Origin: Chara braunii
Lineage: Eukaryota; Plantae; Charophyceae
NCBI GenBank assembly: GCA_003427395.1
Contig: BFEA01000028.1
Span: forward strand, 1,328,955 to 1,392,954
Direction of reading: 5' to 3'
Length of the DNA stretch: 64,000 nucleotides
Part shown: one piece after another, positions 56,704 through 64,000 of the stretch
Layout of the letters: each line of letters begins with the position of its first letter
Numbering within the stretch: position 1 is the stretch's first letter
Made by a program: the position numbers and the translations under genes
Notes under the pieces: model-generated
Told to the model about the DNA's origin: nothing
Seen by the model: the letters and a program-made list of their open reading frames with translations, nothing else
Database searches by the model: none

Positions 56704-57201
56704 ATGAGTGGTGATTATTCGATTGTTCAGTACATGAGAGGTGACAATAAATTGAATAGCAGTGCCGACATGATCACCTGCCGATATGATACGGAAACGA
56801 CAAATAGTTTATAACCTGTATGAAGTTTTTTTTAGCGAGATGAGCCGTGATTTTGGGATGAAAGCGTGAGGAATCCTCAACGGAGTTATGTTTTTATGAC
56901 AGAGCATGAACAATATATTGTGCGATATGACTTTGTGCCTCCTAATCCGTCACGAGATTTCGGAGATATGAATCTCATCATAGTTTATAAGACAAATTCA
57001 GTTAAAGAGAATGTTTTTAAGATTAAAGAGATGTTTCTTCATATTACGTTATGGCTAAATGATCTGCAAGGCCCATTCAATTTCTTTCATCATGTAAGAC
57101 GGGTACGAGCAAATAACTTTAATATTTTTCGCTCAGAGCATTTTTTTGTCATCACATTTGACGATGAGGCGTATGAGATCGGGAAACGTCTCTCTAACTG
57201 A
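56704..57201 (+). pseudogene. unknown cargo ORF A (~165 codons, four in-frame stops before 56866)
   Basis: MSGDYSIV...RDEP*FWDESVRNPQRSYVF...FFVITFDDEAY in one frame. Confidence 0.45.
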
Positions 57202-57222
57202 CGTTTTTTTTTTTATGTGCAG

Positions 57223-57747
57223 ATGGTTAGCAGACGGTGGGATCTCATTCAGGCGAGATATTTGCTGGTTTGCGACACATTGGACGAGGAACTAATTCGG
57301 TGCGTGGAGCGACCTTTATTTGTTCAGGATGATGCACCCACTCGCTGGGTTGGTTTCGTTGGATCGCTCAGAGATAGGCAATGATTTTTTCTTGGCTCGC
57401 GCGCGGATGTCTATACCAATGTGGTTCGACTTCCGGAAGAGTTTTATGGATATACTATATATTTTCATCGCGCAAGTAACCTCCAATGCCTTTCTCGGGT
57501 CATTGTGAGTGTTACAATTACCCTATCCGGATAGCAATACGACGTCATTCGGATTAGGGACACTACAACTAGGCACCTCTTTCGGATGCGACCGCCGTTT
57601 CGCATCATAGTTTGGGGGATAGCCTCACGGATGACTTCCCTCTATGGTACGCGGATGGTTCGGGTTATGCGGGGTGGACGCATTACCACCTTGACCTTTG
57701 ATGACGAGGAACTCGCACACTCTACGAGGGTAATAATAATAAAATAA
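57223..57747 (+). pseudogene. unknown cargo ORF B (175 codons, two in-frame stops)
   Basis: MVSRRW...QDDAPTRW...RITTLTFDDEEL in one frame, preceded by a poly-T...TGCAG acceptor-like site. Confidence 0.45.
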
Positions 57748-58659
57748 AATTAAAAAAAAATAAAAATATCTTTCATAGATAGGAGCAACCGGATGGATAG
57801 TATCTGGATTGACCCAATGATTGCACTATCATGCTTATGCATTGAGGGGTAATTAAATGTGTAGCAATGTATGCCATGTAAATTGATTTGAAATGAGGAA
57901 ATAACTTTACCGAGTCAAATGATGATCCGATAATTAAAATGTTGATCTTTTCCTAATTCTTTCGTCAATAGCAAACTTTCATATCAGAAGATGGCAGTAT
58001 AAAGATTTTTGGTCATATAGGTTGAGGAAACTAATTTCGGCAAATCATCTCATCAAGTCGAAAACCCGATCTTGCGTAATGTGATGTGAGGTGTATTGAT
58101 GTTAATGTTTTGTTTTCAATGAATTATCAAGGGACTAGGATTATTTTTCGGGTTTCACACTTGGTTGAGACCGTCATAGTCGACTGGCGTATACCTCGTA
58201 CTTAGAAGATCAACGCCCTAAGGAACGGATGACGTTCGGGTCCACTCGACGTTTAACCAAATGTTTCCTATACCGCACCGAAACGAGCAAATGCCCTCGG
58301 CTGATCTACCTCTGCGATTGCATTTAAAAGTTTTCGCATGTGGGTCAGTAGCTTGGTAGGGATACACCCCTAAGGGTGGTGACAACCCCTTAGAGAAGGA
58401 AAGCTTATGCTGCGCGAAAACCTATCCTGTCGTAGGGGACCGCGGGATGTATAGCTGGCGCACCCGGCTAGAGCGACGAAGGGACAACGAGACCGCATTT
58501 GCCTTGGCGGTTCGCGGGGTTGTTATGTGTCGTTCCCAAGTTGTCTCTCATTTTGTTTTGTTTAACTCTTGCGTGACATGGCCGGGATGGCTCCCGCGCT
58601 TTGCAAAAAGGCGGGGGCCGATGCGCTTGACAACGGAAAGTAGTTCGTCACATATGTGA

Positions 58660-59152
58660 CGCCAGAAGGTAAGCTTGTTCTAGGGAAATGGATTAACCGA
58701 AGGTAACGTATTACAAAGGTCCCGGACGAACCAGGTGCACTCGGTTCCAGTTGGCGGCCGCAGTAGGTTGAAAATAGGTAAGGGTGGGCAGGGAAAGTGT
58801 TAGTTCTTGGGAATGGAATGCTGAACTAATCGTTCCTCTCGGTCGGGGTAGACCGGGTAAAGACCGTTGTTAGGTCTGTATAGTAGAAGGGGTAGGTAAA
58901 GTAGGGGGGAGTGTCAGAGGGAAGATTACTGGTAGTAAGACATTTAGAGATTTGGAACTGTGAAGCGCAATGGCAGGAAGGTAAGATGCATGTTTCGAAG
59001 TTAAGATTTGCTGAGGTTGAATTTGCAGAAGCTAAACCGGCTGATGCTGCCAGGATAACTCCGGGTTGAAATGTGAGTTTCCCCGGCCTCTTTTCAAAGA
59101 TTGCTTCATAATAAAGTGAGAATTTTGAGCAAAAAAAAAAGAGAAAAAAAAA
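58660..59152 (+). mobile_element. LINE 3' end with A-rich tail
   Basis: 59029-59077 matches the reverse complement of 30234-30282 (3' end of the - LINE); A-tract starts at 59131. Confidence 0.7.
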
Positions 59153-59199
59153 GAGAGATGTCTTTATTGAACTGACCGGTCCCAGGTAATTTAGACTGA

Positions 59200-59620
59200 T
59201 TCCATTCTGGTCATTTGATTGTATCTGGATTCGAACTTGGTTCTGTGTTTCAACAGTTCGTGGGTGTGGTTCTGGGTCTTCCGGCAACAATAGATACCGC
59301 CCTCTCTGATCCGAGCCTAGGAGACTTTCTTCCGCCAATCACGTTTGACGGTCACGCGGATGTGATGTTTGATTTTGGTCTTCAGCGCCCTGTCCAAAAG
59401 GAGCCTACGATAGGATTTTCTAGTTGTGTGCGGCGAGACCCTAGAGGCTGCAAACATATTCTCATCCTCTGCTCTGATACGTCGGATTCTCAAAGAACAT
59501 CTGAGCAAGCCCTTTTCGGAACCGGAGAAACCGGCATATCCGGTTTAACCCTCCTCCATGCTTCGCGAACACCCGACCAGACACCGGACTTGATTTTCAA
59601 GGCCTTAGCGCAGTGATCGC
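59200..59620 (-). mobile_element. LINE ORF2 C-terminal fragment
   Basis: LKIKSGVWSGVREAWRRVKP resembles the KS..W..I..AW motif of both LINEs here; followed by KIKHHIRVTVKRDWRK. Confidence 0.4.
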
Positions 59621-60292
59621 TACACTTCTCTTCTGTTTTTCTATGTTTCTTTTTCTTCCGTTTCGGCAGCTGGAGCCAACGTGTCACGGCCGAATTCTTC
59701 GGCTGGCTGCCGCCAGCGCCGCCGCCTCGTAGCGTCAGTAGAACTGCGGACCGATGATAACGCCACGAGCCGATGGGTGGGGTTTAGAGGTGACGGGTCG
59801 GGTTCATCAAATGCTGAAAGGCGAAAAAGTGGGAGTAAGGGCATCGCCACGCCACTCTCGAAATGTGCAAAATGAGAACGAACTTCCCCCAGAACATGGC
59901 CAGACGCACCCGGCACATTTTTGTCTTTTTCACATTTCGAGGGTGGTGTGGCGAGGCCGTAAAAGCATAGGATGACACGCATAGATCGATAGATATATGG
60001 TCCAAAAAAATAAAGTAAAAAAATGACGCGCTCGTTTCTTTCTTTTTTTTTTTTTCAGAAAAAGCTGCCTTCATGGGTGGGGTTTAGAGGTGACGGAGTC
60101 CATTGGCGGCGAAACAAGAAGGGAACATGGAAAATAAAAAATCTTTCTTTTGGCGTACGGAAGTCGTTCGTGTGCCCATGCCACACAGACAAAAGAGCAA
60201 GATCATCGAAAATACACCCGACAGGATATATATAAACAGACTTGTCTGGTGTTGATGCAATATCGCGGTGGAGTTGCCACGGCCATGGGCAA

Positions 60293-60375
60293 GTCCCACT
60301 TGCACGGACTACGAGATTCTGACCGTTGATCTGTGCTATCTACGGTCAATATCTCTTAATTCGTGTAAGTGGGAC
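60293..60375. other. 83-bp imperfect hairpin
   Basis: GTCCCACTTGCACGGACTACGAGATTCTGACCGTTGAT pairs with ATCTACGGTCAATATCTCTTAATTCGTGTAAGTGGGAC around a 7-nt loop. Confidence 0.85.
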
Positions 60376-61902
60376 CTACAGTAGCCCCGGCGAGCGCCTT
60401 CATGCTCCAGTTCGTAGCTTGCGGTAGGTGGCCTACTGGGGGCGCGGAAGAAAGGCTACTACAGCAGGTAGGGGGCTGGGAAGGAGTGGGAAAAGAGACT
60501 CGGGCGAAGGGAGCTGGGAAAGCGAAAGGAACACGCGGGCGAGTTCCCGATTTTCCGCGGGAATTCGACAATCGAGTGAGGGGGGGAACGGAATTGCCTT
60601 ATCGCTTTCCACGCGTTCGCAGAGGATCGCAGCTCACCCCATGCGTTGGACCCGGGGAGTTGCCGAGCGGGGAGATTTGGGGTAAGGAGAGTAGCGGAGT
60701 GAACATAACATAGCATAACTAGCGTACAGGACTGGAGTGGGAAGAAAATAGACAGCAGAACGAGTTCTGGGAATGAGGTTGCGGATGTGACCAGACGAAC
60801 GAGCCTGGTGTACTTGCTGTGCTCTTACATTGGCGTGCGAAACTCTTGCCGCCGAGCAAACGCTGGAAACGACGCGGCATTTGTGAAACATACAAGGGTT
60901 CGAATTTGTTCGGGAGCAATCCGTTTCAGATCACTCACGACCCGTTACTTCGCTTCCGAGCATGCTTTTACTGTGATCCGAGAGCAGTTTAGACGAACAG
61001 TGTGATCGGCGTGGGACTGAGGAGAAAGGTCAACAACACCACTGAACTCAGATGCACGTGCTCACAAGGTTCTGCTTTATGATGTAGAGGTGCGAAGTCT
61101 ATGGTGGTAATTTGTAGGGTAGGTGGTTAGCTCTTCTTCGTTCATAATCTCCTTGTTCACTGAATGAACCCTTCTTCTTCCACACGGAACTCGATCGCTC
61201 GTCCACACCACCAACCGCCCTCCGCCACTTCCGTTTCCCTATACTGCTAGCTACCCATCGAGCGATGCGCCGAAGTGTCAGTTCCCCCCGTCGTTAGTGA
61301 AAGATCCATGACGTGATGATGGAAATCCTCCACATGTCCATAAATTTCGTGGCCATAGCCAGTTCCAGCGTCCCATTTCCTCTCCCCCAATGCTGTAGTC
61401 TTTGAATCCTTGTCCTCATCTTCAGTATAGCAATCCTCCTCCTCCTCCTCCTCATCATCCTCATCATCCTCATCATCCTCATCATCGTCATCGTTATCGT
61501 TATCGCGATCAAGGTCGCGATCATCGATCATCGTGATCATCATATTGTCATCTTGGAGAGAAGCCCAAGCCCGATAGCCAAGAGTGTCATCCCATCAATC
61601 TTCCGCAAGCTCATGGACTATTCCGCAAGCTCATGGACTAGTCTTTAGTCTTGTGCGCAGAAGGACAAAACGGAGTGGGTGTTGTTGCCACGTGGTTTCT
61701 TCTAGGATCGTTGGAAATCTGCGGCCGCACGATCGGGCACGGCTATATAGGCAGGCACTTGTGCAAATTTCCAGGAGAAGATAGTTTGACATTTGTGTAG
61801 TCTGCACTCTCATACATTGAGTCCACAGTGTGTAAGGGGTGAACAGCAGTGGACAGGTTGAACACATCTTTTTCAGCACGGTCTCAAGAAAACATAGGCT
61901 CG

Positions 61903-62601
<699 letters not shown>

Positions 62602-62733
62602 GATTCTGCGATCGGTTGTGGAGGAGAGGGAGAAGAAGGCGCGTTGTTGACGAGGAGGGGAAAAGAAAAAGCAGTGTGTTGAGAGAGGAAGGGGTTAGGG
62701 ATTGCATTAGTTTTGAGCGGTTGATAGTAATCG

Positions 62734-62952
62734 ATGGCAATGGTGGATATGCGCATGCAAGTGTTGAGCGCGGTACAGAGTCTGTACCATGACTTCGACG
62801 TGGCAAGGCAAGCCGCCGCCAATCAATGGCTGATGAAGTTTCAGAGAGAGAGAGCAGCTTGGCAGGTGGCAAATGACATTCTGAGCAGCGAGAACGTTTT
62901 CGGCGCGCAGTTGGAGTTGCAGCATTTCGCGGCGCAGACTCTTCGCCGTAAG
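62734..62952 (+). CDS. exon 1 of an importin-beta family karyopherin (importin-13/transportin-SR-like); rest of gene beyond the window
   Basis: QVLSAVQSLYHD...QAAANQWLMKFQ...AAWQVA..IL......LELQHFAAQTLRRK is the IBN_N start of IPO13/TNPO3-type proteins. It ends at AAG|GTACC, followed by pyrimidine-rich intron sequence. Confidence 0.88.
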
Positions 62953-64000
62953 GTACCACTTTTCTGGTTATCCTTCTCCTGCGTCATTTTCTCTCCTTCT
63001 TTATGATCATCATAGGCATCCTCCTCGTCCATTCACTCTTCCATATTTCCACCTTTCGCTCTAACAATCCCCTTCTCATCCCCTTTACCCTCTCAGCATT
63101 TTTCTCTTCGGAAAGGCTTTCGTTTTTTTCTTCAGTCTCTTCCATCTTTTGAAAGCTTTCGTTTTCTTCAGCTCTACTCTTGCATCTTCCCTTTCCCCTT
63201 TCTCTCTTCCCCCTCTCTCGTACGAAGGAATGGTCGCGGAGGAAAATTCTTCTTGCCCTCCCCCTTGTTTTTCTACCCGAGTCGGCATCACATCCAACGG
63301 GAGAGTCGACAATTGGGGCAAGGGCAAGCCATTTGTTCACTCAATAGCACTACTGTAATAACGCTCTTTTTCTGCGGCGCAATCTTCTATTGCGCGCCAC
63401 GCAAATCTGGTGTCCTTGTCTTCCTTCTCGTATTTCTCTTCCTCGTCTTTCTCGTGCTCCTCGTCTCCCTCGCCTTCCTCTTCCTCTTTCTCCTTTTTTG
63501 TGTTCTCGTCAATCTCGTCCTCTTTTGTGGCCTTTCTCTTCCGTCCTCCTCTCCTCTCCCTCTCTCTCTCTCTCCCCCCTAATTTTTCTTTTTGTGCGTA
63601 TCACCTTTTATTCACCCTGGTAGTCCTCGTAGTGGACGCTAGAGTATCCTGATTGAAGTGAAGGAGAGTGCAGAGAGGAGAGAACCGAGTGTTATCGAAG
63701 GACGCAATGTCGCGTAGCCTTCCGAACAGTTTTTGGGAAGGGGGCGTGTGTATGTGTAGGAAGGAGAATGCGGGTCTGCGTTTATTACCTGTGTCCAGTC
63801 CCAGGCTTTGCGTTTTTTTTGCCCTTCTTTACCTCCTCCCTCTCTCCTTTCCGGACCCTCCATCTTCCTCGGTGCTCTTTTTTAGATTCGCTTCATTCTT
63901 TTGCCCATTCGTTCATCAGTTTAGGCGATGATGATCTCCCGTTTATTTCTTCCATTCTGCTTTCCTTCGTCATTGTTTCTCCCCCTGCCCTCCTCTCCCC

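Larger units (their letters stand above)
52305..58632 (+). repeat. right arm of giant inverted pair (TGTCAA...TTGACA)
   Basis: Blocks 53290-53510, 54225-54365, 54695-54760, 55090-55810, 56225-56410 and 58130-58632 mirror the left arm. The inner boundary is uncertain. Confidence 0.8.

Noticed and set aside
62953-64000. ORF read-through to 63006 and Leu/Phe/Ser-rich ORFs
   Set aside because: Homology ends at the GT donor at 62953; the rest is pyrimidine-rich intron.

Overview
Eukaryotic, repeat-saturated window (probably a streptophyte alga such as Chara; inferred from LINE style and the plant-type importin exon, not proven) with five assembly gaps. Nearly all of it is nested mobile DNA. From left to right: (1) a >12-kb decayed Kolobok-like DNA transposon (frameshifted DDE transposase on -, KolX-like ORF on +, ~5.5 kb of compound microsatellites, terminus ...GGTGGT|TTAA at 12038); (2) three non-autonomous TIR elements, two of which share an unknown accessory ORF, plus a tRNA-derived segment and a Harbinger transposase relic; (3) two divergently oriented L1-type LINE pseudogenes, the + one interrupted by a 1180-bp TTAA-flanked insertion with the same ends as the Kolobok element and by a 495-bp palindromic MITE; (4) a ~10.6-kb imperfect inverted pair of long homologous arms with outward-facing TATA boxes and tandem unknown cargo ORFs; (5) the first exon of the only clear host gene, an importin-beta (IPO13/TNPO3-like) karyopherin, at 62734. 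Alignments were done by eye and need computational confirmation.
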